From NCBI GenBank assembly GCA_950097015.1, contig CATNEN010000011.1, positions 930,001 to 994,000 of the forward strand: a DNA stretch of 64,000 bases, in the 5' to 3' direction. The translations under genes and the position numbers were made by a program. Source of the DNA: Macrostomum hystrix. Its lineage: Eukaryota > Animalia > Platyhelminthes. The notes under the pieces were generated by a model. That model was not told the DNA's origin and made no database searches. It saw only the letters and a list, made by a program, of their open reading frames with translations. Below are positions 25,870-38,810 of this stretch, piece by piece (position 1 is the stretch's first letter; each line of letters opens with the position of its first letter).

Positions 25870-26449
25870 ATCTAAGGGATTGAGTACGAAAGTTAAAAAA
25901 TTTCAGGCTGGTTTATATCAGAAGGCTTAGAAGTAACGGAGGTAGTTTTTGTCCCACACCAAAGTAGCGCATTTTAAAGACAATGTAATATTTATTTTAA
26001 GAAAGCGAACGCTACAGAGTAATTAAAAGAAATCTTCATTTTCGTGAGCTTGTGGCGCTGGAGAACCAAATGCTAAATTTCACTTTCATAAATTCTTATG
26101 AGCGTAGCGAAAATGAATGTAAGTTAATCTGAATACGAATCCAATTCTAGATCTTTCGAGACTAATTTGCACAGCATAATTGTTACAATATCTGAGAGTT
26201 AGAGAGTGAGTAGTATTACCAACAGCTTCCGGGGCTGTTCCTAAGTTCCGAACCAGCCTTTATCAATATGAACCGATAATCCTTCCCTTCTTTGGCGCAC
26301 TAATTGGACCTCTGATAGCTTCTCTCTTGAGACTTTCGAGGTGGATAAATAAATCTCATTTCATTTCAGGATGTTCTTCGTGGATGAAACGAGAAACTCG
26401 TTTTTTGTTAAGAAATTTCTGTGCACAAAGATGAAAGAAAAACTGGATT

Positions 26450-27060
26450 CGTCTAGAAACATTTTAAGAAGAGTCTAGAAGCTGTCTAAGAATGGTCTAG
26501 AAACTTTCTAAGAATGGTCTAGAAACTTTCTAAGAATCCTCTAGAAACTTTCTAAGAATCCTCTAGAAACGTTCTATGAAAAGTCTAGAAACTTTCTAAG
26601 AATCCTCTAGAAACTTTCTAAGAATCCTCTAGAAACGTTCTATGAAAAGTCTAGAAACTTTCTAAGAATCCTCTAGAAACGTTCTATGAAAAGTCTAGAA
26701 ACTTTCTAAGAATCCTCTAGAAACGTTCTATGAAAAGTCTAGAAACTTTCTAAGAATCCTCTAGAAACGTACTATGAAAAGTCTAGAAACATTCTAAGAA
26801 TCATCTAGAAACTTAAAGAATGGCCTAGAAACTTAAAGAATCATTTAGAAACTTTAAAAAATAATCTATAAACTTTTTAAGAATCGTCTAGAGACTTCCG
26901 AAGAATTGTCAAGAAATTTTCTAAGAATCGTCTAAAAACTTTCTAGACACGTCAGAAACTTTCTAAGAAATCGTCTAAAAACTTCCTTAGAATCTGCCAG
27001 AAACTTCAGCGGAATAGTCCAGAAACTATCTAGGAATCGTCGCCAGACTTTGCCAAGAAA
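26450..27060. repeat. Minisatellite, 22-bp unit (ctagaaactttctaagaatcct) with alternating variants
   Basis: Directly visible; degenerates to the right. Confidence 0.88.
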
Positions 27061-27091
27061 TAGCTAGGCAAAAATTACTAGAAATTGCTTC

Positions 27092-27530
27092 TCCATAAAG
27101 TTCCATCAGACTCTCTATAAAGGTCCATCAGATTCTCTATACAGATCCATCAGATTCTCTATAAAGATCCATCAGATTCTCTATAAAGATCCATCAGATT
27201 TTTCATAAAGATCCATCAGATTTTTCATAAAGATCCATCAGATTTTCCATTAAGATCCATCAGATTTTCCATTAAGATCCATCAGATTTTTCATAAAGAT
27301 CCATCAGATTCTCTATAAAGATCCATCAGATTCTCCATAAAGATCCATCAGATTCTCTATAAAGATCCACCAGATTCTCCATAAAGATCCATCAGATTCT
27401 CCATAAAGATCCATCAGATTCTCTATAAAGATCCATCAGATTGTCCATAAAGATCCATCAGATTCTCCATAAAGATCCATCAAATTGTCCATAAAGATCC
27501 ATCAGATTTTTCATTAAGATCCATCAGATT
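27092..27530. repeat. Minisatellite, 22-bp unit (ataaagatccatcagattctct)
   Basis: Same family and orientation as 23088-23527. Confidence 0.93.
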
Positions 27531-27865
27531 TCTCCTGAAAATATGAATCAAGCTCTTGTAAAATTAAGGCTAAAGATATTGGACATACGCCCCAAGTTAT
27601 CTTGCCCGACTTGTTTGCCATTGACTTCGACCTGTTGAAGCTGGCAGTCAAGGGCTAGACTGTGTGTTAGTTTTAAATATGTCGGTCAAATTGCTAACTC
27701 TGATATACCGCGCTTGCCTGGAGTTGCTTCGATAAATGGATAAATATTGACAGGTAGGGCATTTTTCAGCTTATCAGCGACCTTATCGATCTGGACTTCC
27801 GTGTGCATGTAAGCTGCTTGACAGACTCGGCAAAATCATGCGTCTTCCTGCTTCAGCACTGTATA

Positions 27866-29850
27866 CAGTATGAGACACGGTATTCAGTACAAGACGCAGT
27901 ATGAGACACGGTACTCAGTACAAGACGCAGTATGAGACACGGTACTCAGTACAAGACGCAGTATGAGACACGGTACTCAGTACAAGACGCAGTATGAGAC
28001 ACGGTACTCAGTACAAGACGCAGTATGAGACACGGTACTCAGTACAAGACGCAGTATGAGACACGGTACTCAGTACAAGACGCAGTATGAGACACGGTAC
28101 TCAGTACAAGACGCAGTATGAGACACGGAACTCAGAACAAGACGCAGTATGAGACACGGTACTCAGTACAAGACGCAGTATGAGACACGGTACTCAGTAC
28201 AAGACGCAGTATGAGACACGGTACTCAGTACAAGACGCAGTATGAGACACGGTACTCAGTACGAGACGCAGTATGAGACACGGTACTCAGTACGAGACGC
28301 AGTATGAGACACGACCACTCAGTACGAGACGCAGTATGAGACACGGTACTCAGTACAAGACGCAGTATGAGACACGGTACTCAGTACAAGACGCAGTATG
28401 AGACACGGTACTCAGTACGAGACGCAGTATGAGACACGGTACTCAGTACGAGACGCAGTATGAGACACGGTACTCAGTACAAGACGCAGTATGAGACACG
28501 GTACTCAGTACAAGACGCAGTATGAGACACGGAACTCAGAACAAGACGCAGTATGAGACACGGTACTCAGTACAAGACGCAGTATGAGACACGGTACTCA
28601 GTACAAGACGCAGTATGAGACACGGTATTCAGTACAAGACGCAGTATGAGACACGGTACTCAGTACAAGACGCAGTATGAGACACGGTACTCAGTACAAG
28701 ACGCAGTATGAGACACGGTACTCAGTACAAGACGCAGTATGAGACACGGTACTCAGTACAAGACGCAGTATGAGACACGGTACTCAGTACAAGACGCAGT
28801 ATGAGACACGGTACTCAGTACAAGACGCAGTATGAGACACGGTACTCAGTACAAGACGCAGTATGAGACACGGTACTCAGTACAAGACGCAGTATGAGAC
28901 ACGGTACTCAGTACGAGACGCAGTATGAGACACGGTACTCAGTACAAGACGCAGTATGAGACACGGTACTCAGTACAAGACGCAGTATGAGACACGGTAC
29001 TCAATACGAGACGCAGTATGAGACACGGTACTCAGTACAAGACGCAGTATGAGACACGGTACTCAGTACAAGACGCAGTATGAGACACGGTACTCAGTAC
29101 AAGACGCAGTATGAGACACGGTACTCAGTACAAGACGCAGTATGAGACACGGTACTCAGTACAAGACGCAGTATGAGACACGGTACTCAGTACGAGACGC
29201 AGTATGAGACACGGTACTCAGTACAAGACGCAGTATGAGACACGGTACTCAGTACAAGACGCAGTATGAGACACGGTACTCAATACGAGACGCAGTATGA
29301 GACACGGTACTCAGTACAAGACGCAGTATGAGACACGGTACTCAGTACGAGACGCAGTATGAGACACGGTACTCAATACGAGACGCAGTATGAGACACGG
29401 TACTCAGTACGAGACGCAGTATGAGACACGGTACTCAGTACAAGACGCAGTATGAGACACGGTACTCAGTACAAGACGCAGTATGAGACACGGTACTCAG
29501 TACAAGACGCAGTATGAGACACGGTACTCAGTACAAGACGCAGTATGAGACATGGTACTCAGTACAAGATACGGTATGAGACACGGTACTCAGTACAAGA
29601 CACAGTATGAGACACGGTACTCAGTACAAGACACGGTATGAGACACGGTACTCAGTACAAGACATAGTATGAGACACGGTAATGAGACATAGTACAAGAC
29701 ACAGTATGAGACACGGTAATGAGACATAGTACAAGACACAGTATGAGACACGGTACTCAGTACAAGACACGGTATGAGACACGTGGCTCAGTACAAGACG
29801 CAGTATAAGACACGGTAATGAGACACAGTTCAAGACACAGTGTGAGAACA
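27866..29850. repeat. Minisatellite, 31-bp unit (cagtatgagacacggtactcagtacaagacg), ~60 copies
   Basis: Directly visible. Confidence 0.97.
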
Positions 29851-30210
29851 CGGGACACAGAAGTATACACCAGTATCGTAATAGCCGAGCAGTCAAAGCT
29901 AGGATACCCTAATTTTTTTTCCAGAACTTTAAGCCGGTAAAAGCTTTTGCGTTCGCATCTGCGACAACTCGCATTTCTGCTACAAGCTAATTAACCTGCA
30001 GCGAGCCAGAACTCAAAATTGACGTGGCTCTGCCCCGTCTGCTCGGATTAACTGTATGACCGGCTCTGTTGTCCAATGAAATCTAATTACAAACTTTTTG
30101 TAGGACTTTGAACCATCTGCCATACCCTGGACGGCTTAGCTTTTAGTCTCTGGCACATCTAATCCGATTGTTCTAAAATAATACAATGCGTTAGACAGTA
30201 TTAAAAGCTG

Positions 30211-30940
30211 TGTTCTAAGATAATCCTACCTGTCAGACACTGTATAAGAAGATGTGTTCTAAGATAATCCTACCTGTTAGACACTATATAAGAAGATTTG
30301 TTCTAAGATAATCCTACCTGTTAGACTCTGTATAAGAAGATGTGTTCTAAGATAATCCTACCTGTTAGACACTATATAAGAAGATGTGTTCTAAGATAAT
30401 CCTACCTGTTAGACACTATATAAGAAGATGTGTTCTAAGATAATCCTACCTGTTAGACACTATATAAGAAGATGTGTTCTAAGATAATCCTACCTGTTAG
30501 ACACTGTATAAGAAGATGTGTTCTAAGATAATCCTACCTGTCAGACACTGTATAAGAAGATGTGTTCTAAGATAATCCTACCTGTTAGACACTATATAAG
30601 AAGATGTGTTCTAAGATAATCCTACCTGTTAGACACTGTATAAGAAGATGTGTTCTAAGATAATCCTACCTGTTAGACACTATATAAGAAGATTTGTTCT
30701 AAGATAATCCTACCTGTTAGACTCTGTATAAGAAGATGTGTTCTAAGATAATCCTACCTGTTAGACACTATATAAGAAGATGTGTTCTAAGATAATCCTA
30801 CCTGTTAGACACTATATAAGAAGATGTGTTCTAAGATAATCCTACCTGTTAGACACTATATAAGAAGATGTGTTCTAAGATAATCCTACCTGTTAGACAC
30901 TGTATAAGAAGATGTGTTCTAAGATAATCCTACCTGTTAC
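30211..30940. repeat. Minisatellite, 44-bp unit (gttctaagataatcctacctgttagacactatataagaagatgt)
   Basis: Directly visible, ~16 copies. Confidence 0.95.
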
Positions 30941-31210
30941 ACACATTTTGCTTAAAGGCACAGATTGTTTCCCGCGGCTGAGAATCGAACCTCGGACCTC
31001 ATTGCTACACGTCAAAATTTATTCTAACTTATCATTACATTAAATCTCAGATAAGTCATGGTCAAAAAGTTCTGTTGTTCGAACAGAAATTGACTAAGCT
31101 AAATAATTTAAAATTTATTCAACCGATTTACAACAATGTCAGTGCAGCGTTCATTGAATTTAGTCAGCAAAAGTTCATTGTTAGTTCAATGCCTCAGTTG
31201 GACTGTCGCT

Positions 31211-31512
31211 TCAACCCTCTGCGCCTCCCTCGCCCGTCTCCTGAATGGCGTCCAGATTTTGCAGCGCCGAGAAGTCGAAAGACCGTCGGCGGAGCTGCTT
31301 GCTGACATCGGTCGGCAGCGGCATAATGTCCATGGCCAGCTTGGTGGCCGTGTCACCCGGCTGAAGGTCCGGATTGCGCTGCAGAGCCAACTGTCTGAGG
31401 CGCCGCTGCAGATCAGCAGCTTCAACCGGATTGTCCAGACTGGCGCTCACCGATGGCAAGGATCTGGATCGATGCGACCGTGGCGACGGGGGCGGCGATA
31501 ATCGACGCCTGA

Positions 31513-31570
<58 letters not shown>

Positions 31571-31630
31571 AGTTGAATCATCGTCAGCAAATTCGATTCT
31601 TATCTGCGGTTCCATTGATTTTGATGGCAA
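31211..31630 (-). CDS. Small poly-Q protein of unknown function (MEPQIRIEFADDDSTKQn FRRRLSPPPSPRSHRSRSLP...)
   Basis: GC-rich 139-codon ORF with a (CAG)n tract and a protein-like C-terminal half. Likely ATG near 31615. CCAAT/ATTGG boxes lie upstream. Confidence 0.6.
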
Positions 31631-31729
31631 AAAACTAGCTTTCTTCAGGTTTGCTGAGACGAATTTCTGTTGCTATGCTCCGAGTAGAAATCGCGGGCCT
31701 ACCCTTGAGCCTAATCATTTCCAGATGCG

Positions 31730-31830
31730 AGCCAATAAGAGTGCTCAAACCGACCGGACGTACATTGGTTAGAGAATTCGAAGATTTGCTGGACCTTTCG
31801 GATATCCAGCAGCATCGCGGATTGGTTTAA
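31730..31830 (-). promoter_or_regulatory. Candidate promoter with clustered CCAAT boxes
   Basis: gccaat (~31733), attggtt (~31766) and gattggtt (~31819) within 100 bp, 100-200 bp upstream of the poly-Q ORF. Confidence 0.4.
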
Positions 31831-32004
31831 GTAGGCGTCCAAAATTCACAATCTACTCAGTGCCCGATAGGGCAGATTTTCCACTCTTAGAACAGGTGAT
31901 TTCTCTAACAGGTGGGATTCTCTGAGAAAAGAAACAATTTCCTTAGTACGAAAAGGACTTTTTTAGTACAAGAATGATTAAAAAAGAACAGTTAGGACTA
32001 TTTA

Positions 32005-32405
32005 GAACAGGTATAGGATTATCTTAGAACAGGAAGGTTATCTTTGAACAGGTAGATTTTCTTAAAACAGGAAGGTTATCTTTGAACAGGTCAGATTAAA
32101 CCAGAACAGATAGGATTAAAGTAGAACAAATAGGATTATCTTAGAACAGGTAGGATTAAACTAGAACATATAGGATTAAACAAGAACAGGTAGGATTAAA
32201 CAAGAACAAGTAGGATTAAACAAGAAGTAGAACTAGAACTAGAATTAAACTAGAACAAAAAGGGATTATCTTAGAACAGGTGGGATTAAACTAGAACAGG
32301 TAGGATTAAACTAGAACAGGTGGGAGTAAATTTGAACAGGTGGGATTAAAATAGAACAGGATGATAAAACAAAGAAAATTAGGATTAAAATAGATCACGT
32401 AGGAT
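32005..32405. repeat. Degenerate ~20-bp minisatellite (aggattatcttagaacaggt)
   Basis: The unit is the reverse complement of the acctgttctaagataatcct core of the 44-bp array at 30.2-30.9 kb. Confidence 0.8.
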
Positions 32406-33065
32406 TATCATACAACTTATGATTTAAGTGTGAAAAAGATGTCTAGAGAAATCTCTATTATTTGTCTATAGAGAGTATTTCTGTCTGTCGCTCATCATCA
32501 AAATCCCCCATATTAACATCCCAGTGGGATCATTAAGGATCGCTGCCTTCTATAGGGCTTGGTCAAGCTAAAATAACACGTAATAATACAAATGTCATCC
32601 CACTGCGAAATCTTAGACACTCTCTCAGAGCATATTGAAAGGATCCATTGAGCACGGGTCAGTCAATATGAGTATATTTGGGTGTGTCCGAGTCTATTTT
32701 TATCGCATACGTCTTGTATTTTCTGTTTTCCTAAAATTCTACAATGTTATACGGGGCTCACAACTATCACAGCACCTATTCTCAAGTCACGTCGTGACAA
32801 TGATTAGCTGTAATAAAAATAAATCAAGTAATCAAGCACGGGCGCCTAAACGTAGCATCTAGTGCGAATGCTAGTTCTAGAACTCCATGAACAAGAAAAA
32901 AAGAAAATAATTCTACGCATTTGCATATTGAATTTCCAAAGACAATCATTTTTTCGTAAAAAATCTAATCTTTTTGCAATTATCTACTTTAAGTAGGCGC
33001 CGAAGTAGGTTGTGCAAGACTTGAATTATCTTAATCGTTTCATATGCTTTCGTTTGCCATTTATA

Positions 33066-36000
33066 AGATGAGACACGAGAAAGATGAGACATGGGAGAGA
33101 TGAGACAGGGGAGAGATGAGACAGGGGAGAGATGAGACAGGGGAGAGATGAGACACGGAATAGATGAGACACGGAATAGATGAGACAGGGGAGAGATGAG
33201 GCAGGGGAGATATTCGACACACGGGAGAGATGAGACAGGGGAGAGATGAGGCAGGGGAGAGGTAAGACAGGGGAGAGATGAGACAGGGGAGAGATGAGAC
33301 AGGGGAGAGATGAGAAACGGAATAGATGAGACACGGAATAGATGAGACACGGAATCGATGAAACAGGGGAGAGATGAGGCTAATGAGAGATGAGGCAGGG
33401 GAGATATTCGACACACGGGAGAGATGAGACAGGGGAGAGATGAGCCAGGGGAGAGATGAGACGGGAGAGATGAGGCAGGGGAAAGATGAGACAAGGGAGA
33501 GATGAGACAAGGGAAGATTTGAGACTCGAGAGATTCGACATACGGGAGAGATGAGACAGGGGAGAGATGAGACGTGAGAGATAAGTCATGGGAGAGATGA
33601 GAATCGGGAGAGATAAGACACGGAATAGATGAGACACGGAATAGATGAGACAGGGGAGAGATGAGACAGGGGAGAGATGAGGCAGGGGAGAGATGAGGCA
33701 GGGGAGAGATGAGACAGGGGAGAGATGAGGCAGGGGAGAGATGAGGCAGGGGAGAGATGAGACAGGGGAGAGATGAGACAGGGGAGAGATGAGACAGGGG
33801 AGAGATGAGGCAGGGGAGAGATGAGACAGGGGAGAGATGAGACAGGGGAGAGATGAGGCAGGGGAGAGATGAGGCAGGGGAGAGATGAGACAGGGGAGAG
33901 ATGAGACAGGGGAGAGATGAGGCAGGGAAGAGATGAGACAGGGGAGAGATGAGACAGGGGAGAGATGAGGCAGGGGAGAGATGAGGCAGGGGAGAGATGA
34001 GGCAGGGGAGAGATGAGGCAGGGGAGAGATGAGGCAGGGGAGAGATGAGACAGGGGAGAGATGAGGCAGGGGAGAGATGAGACAGGGGAGAGATGAGACA
34101 GGGGAGAGATGAGGCAGGGGAGAGATGAGACAGGGGAGAGATGAGACAGGGGAGAGATGAGGCAGGGGAGAGATTAGGCAGGGGAGAGGTGAGACAGGGG
34201 AGAGATGAGACAGGGGAGAGATGAGACAGGGGAGAGATGAGACACGGAATAGATGAGACACGGAATCGATGAAACAAGGGAGAGATGAGGCTAATGAGAG
34301 ATGAGGCAGGGGAGATATTCGACACACGGGAGAGATGAGACAGGGCAGAGATGAGCCAGGGGAGAGATGAGACAGGGGAGAGATGAGGCAGGGGAAAGAT
34401 GAGACAAGGGAGAGATGAGACAAGGGAAGATTTGAGACTCGGGAGATTCGACATACGGGAGAGATGAGACAGGGGAGAGATGAGACGTGAGAGATAAGTC
34501 ATGGGAGAGATGAGAATCGGGAGAGATGAGACACGGAATAGATGAGACACGGAATAGATGAGACAGGGGAGAGATGAGACAGGGGAGAGATGAGGCAGGG
34601 GAGAGATGAGGCAGGGGAGAGATGAGACAGGGGAGAGGTGAGACAGGGAAGAGATGAGACAGGGGAGAGATGAGACAGGGGAGAGATGAGACACGGAATA
34701 GATGAGACACGGAATCGATGAAACAAGGGAGAGATGAGGCTAATGAGAGATGAGGCAGGGGAGATATTCGACACACGGGAGAGATGAGACAGGGCAGAGA
34801 TGAGCCAGGGGAGAGATGAGACAGGGGAGAGATGAGGCAGGGGAAAGATGAGACAAGGGAGAGATGAGACAAGGGAAGATTTGAGACTCGGAAGATTCGA
34901 CATACGGGAGAGATGAGACAGGGGAGAGATGAGACAGGGGAGAGATGAGGCAGGGGAGAGATGAGGCCGGGGAGAGATGAGACAGGTGAGAGATGAGACA
35001 GGGGAGAGATGAGGCAGGGGAGAGATGAGGCAGGGGAGAGATGAGGCAGGGGAGAGATGAGGCAGGGGAGAGATGAGGCAGGGGAGAGATGAGGCAGGGG
35101 AGAGATGAGGCAGGGGAGAGATGAGGCAGGGGAGAGATGAGGCAGGGGAGAGATGAGACAGGGGAGAGATGAGGCAGGGGAGAGATGAGGCAGGGGAGAG
35201 ATGAGGCAGGGGAGAGATGAGGCAGGGGAGAGATGAGGCAGGGGAGAGATGAGGCAGGGGAGAGATGAGGCAGGGGAGAGATGAGGCAGGGGAGAGATGA
35301 GGCAGGGGAGAGATGAGGCAGGGGAGAGATGAGGCAGGGGAGAGATGAGGCAGGGGAGAGATGAGGCAGGGGAGAGATGAGGCAGGGGAGAGATGAGGCA
35401 GGGGAGAGATGAGGCAGGGGAGAGATGAGGCAGGGGAGAGATGAGGCAGGGGAGAGATGAGGCAGGGGAGAGATGAGGCAGGGGAGAGATGAGGCAGGGG
35501 AGAGATAAGACACGGAATAGATGAGACACGGAATAGATGAGACAGGGGAGAGATGAGGCTAATGAGAGATGAGGCAGGGGAGATATATGACACACGGGAG
35601 AGATGAGACAGGGGAGAGATGAGACAGGGGAGAGATGAGGCAGGGGAGAGATGAGGCAGGGGAGAGATGAGACAAGGGAGAGATGAGACAAGGGAAGATT
35701 TGAGACTCGGGAGATTCGACATACGGGAGAGATGAGACAGGGGAGAGATGACACGTGAGAGATAAGTCATTGGAGAGATGAGAATCGGGAGAGATAAAAC
35801 ACGGAATAGATGAGACAGGGGAGAGATGAGACAGGGGAGAGATGAGGCAGCGGAGAGATGATAATCGGGTGAGATGAGACACGGAATAGATAAGACAGGG
35901 GAGAGATGAGACAGGGCAGAGATGAGACAGGGGAGAGATGAGACAGGGGAGAGATGAGGCAGGGGAGAGATGAGACAAGGGAGAGATGAGACAAGGGAAG

Positions 36001-37788
36001 ATTTGAGACTCGGGAGATTCGACATACGGGAGAGATGAGACAGGGGAGAGATGACACGTGAGAGATAAGTCATGGGAGAGATGAGAATCGGGAGAGATAA
36101 AACACGGAATAGATGAGACAGGGGAGAGATGAGACAGGGGAGAGATGAGGCAGCGGAGAGATGATGATCGGGTGAGATGAGACACGGAATAGATAAGACA
36201 GGGGAGAGATTAGACAGGGCAGAGATGAGACAGGGGAGAGATGAGACAGGGGAGAGATTAGACAGGGCAGAGATTCGACAGACGGAATAAATGAAACACG
36301 GAATAGATGAGGCAAGGGAGAGATGAGACAGGGAAGAGATGAGGCAGGGAGAGATGAGGCAGGGGAGAGATGAGGCAGGGGAGAGATGAGGCAGGGGAGA
36401 GATGAGGCAGGGGAGAGATGAGGCAGGGGAGAGATGAGACGGGAGAGATGAGGCAGGGGAGAGATGAGACAGAGGAGAGATGAGGCAGGGGAGAGATGAG
36501 ACGGGAGAGATGAAACAGGGCAGAGATTCGACAGACGGAATAAATGAAACACGGAATAGATGAGGCAAGGGAGAGATGAGGCAGGGGAGAGATGAGGCAG
36601 GGGAGAGATGAGGCAGGGGAGAGATGAGGCAGGGGAGAGATGAGGCAGGGGAGAGATGAGGCAGGGGAGAGATGAGGCAGGGGAGAGATGAGGCAGGGGA
36701 GAGATGAGGCAGGGGAGAGATGAGACAGGGGAGAGATGAGGCAGGGGAGAGATGAGGCAGGGGAGAGATGAGGCAGGGGAGAGATGAGGCAGGGGAGAGA
36801 TGAGGCAGGGGAGAGATGAGACAGGGGAGAGATGAGGCAGGGGAGAGATTAGGCAGGGGAGAGATGAGACAGGGGAGAGATGAGGCAGGGGAGAGATGAG
36901 ACAGAGGAGAGATGAGGCAGGGGAGAGATGAGACGGGAGAGATGAAACAGGGCAGAGATTCGACAGACGGAATAAATGAAACACGGAATAGATGAGGCAA
37001 GGGAGAGATGAGGCAGGGGAGAGATGAGGCAGGGGAGAGATGAGGCAGGGGAGAGATGAGGCAGGGGAGAGATGAGGCAGGGGAGAGATGAGGCAGGGGA
37101 GAGATGAGGCAGGGGAGAGATGAGGCAGGGGAGAGATGAGGCAGGGGAGAGATGAGACAGGGGAGAGATGAGGCAGGGGAGAGATGAGGCAGGGGAGAGA
37201 TGAGGCAGGGGAGAGATGAGGCAGGGGAGAGATGAGGCAGGGGAGAGATGAGACAGGGGAGAGATGAGGCAGGGGAGAGATGAGGCAGGGGAGAGATGAG
37301 ACAGGGGAGAGATGAGGCAGGGGAGAGATGAGACAGGGAAGAGATGAGGCAGGGGAGAGATGAGGCAGGGGAGAGATGAGACAGGGGAGAGATGAGGCAG
37401 GGGAGAGATGAGACAGGGGAGAGATGAGACAGGGGAGAGATGAGGCAGGGGAGAGATGAGGCAGGGGAGAGATGAGGCAGGGGAGAGATGAGGCAGGGGA
37501 GAGATGAGGCAGGGGAGAGATGAGGCAGGGGAGAGATGAGGCAGGGGAGAGATGAGGCAGGGGAGAGATGAGGCAGGGGAGAGATGAGGCAGGGGAGAGA
37601 TGAGGCAGGGGAGAGATGAGGCAGGGGAGAGATGAGGCAGGGGAGAGATGAGGCAGGGGAGAGATGAGGCAGGGGAGAGATGAGGCAGGGGAGAGATGAG
37701 GCAGGGGAGAGATGAGGCAGGGGAGAGATGAGGCAGGGGAGAGATGAGGCAGGGGAGAGATGAGGCAGGGGAGAGATGAGGCAGGGGA
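33066..37788. repeat. Large GA-rich satellite, 17-bp unit (gagagatgag[a/g]cagggg), with patchwork higher-order blocks
   Basis: Directly visible. Same unit family as the interior of the hAT MITEs. No TIRs at either end. Confidence 0.97.
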
Positions 37789-38810
37789 GATGTGTTGCAA
37801 AGGCAAAGCAACAATAATTATTTCAGCATGGAATGGAAAGGAAGGTCAACGGTGCGCACAAAACGAACGCAAAAGCAGCAACGGAAGACCGGAATGCGAG
37901 TTGATTAATGAGCGCTCCTGGTGAGTGATGGTGGACATTGCCATCGCAATTAGAAGCTGGTCTCTATTGACTTTTTTGCATGCATTTTTTCTTTTTCTTT
38001 TAAATTGATCGATAAGAAAAAAAACTGCAGGATTTTTCTGGTGTCTTCTTCCAGCAAGATATTATCCAGCGATCCATCTCCTTCTGTTGGTAGATTTTTG
38101 CTGGTCAAGTCGCTGAATCGTTGGAATTTGACGTTAACTTTTTGTTTAACTTGCTTTTTGTGCATACCAGCAAGCTCACTTAATCAGACTTTAGTAGGTT
38201 TATAACGGTAGAACAAAATGTTCATTTTCTTGTCGCGTTTATTTTGTAAACAACAATTGATTATTAACACAAATCAATTAGTTCTCTTCTGTTTTAAGTT
38301 GACTAAGTAAATTTATGTGGTAACTTACATGTTGATTTTTACTTAATCAAATATAAATAGACAGGTGTTAAAATTGAGAGAGAGTGTCATAAAGAAGCTA
38401 AAATCTTTGTTATAATAATTAACAAGAATCTGGCGTATCGGTGCTTTTTCTCGATTACACAAACAGTGACATTATAAACATAAAATACTTCAGGTGTGCA
38501 CAAAAAATCGCATTGTGAGCACGATTGTTGAAACTCTAGAACATGAAACACAGAATTGAGTATAGTAGGAAATGAAATCCCTAATGATCATTTATTCCGT
38601 AGATTGGGCATTCCAAGAAGCGAAATCTCTATTGCTCGGAATTCCCCAAAAAAGGATTTCCCAGCGATTTGAGGAAATCCCGAGATAGGGAAATCCTATG
38701 ATTGGGACTTTTCCATGATAGGCGATTCCCAATATGGGGAAATCTAATCAGAGGAAATTCCTGAGATGGAGAGCAGAGTTCCAAAAAGAGATTTCACAAA
38801 GATGGTAAAT

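Noticed and set aside
30965-31025. Reverse-strand tRNA/SINE-head-like fragment (gagaatcgaacctcgg)
   Set aside because: Only a B-box-like stretch; too short and degenerate to call.
32946-37814. Many long minus-strand ORFs (up to 833 aa, LISPLPHLSPASSLPC repeats)
   Set aside because: They are translations of a 17-bp pyrimidine-rich unit that lacks stop codons; they are open in several frames at once and have no coding signature.
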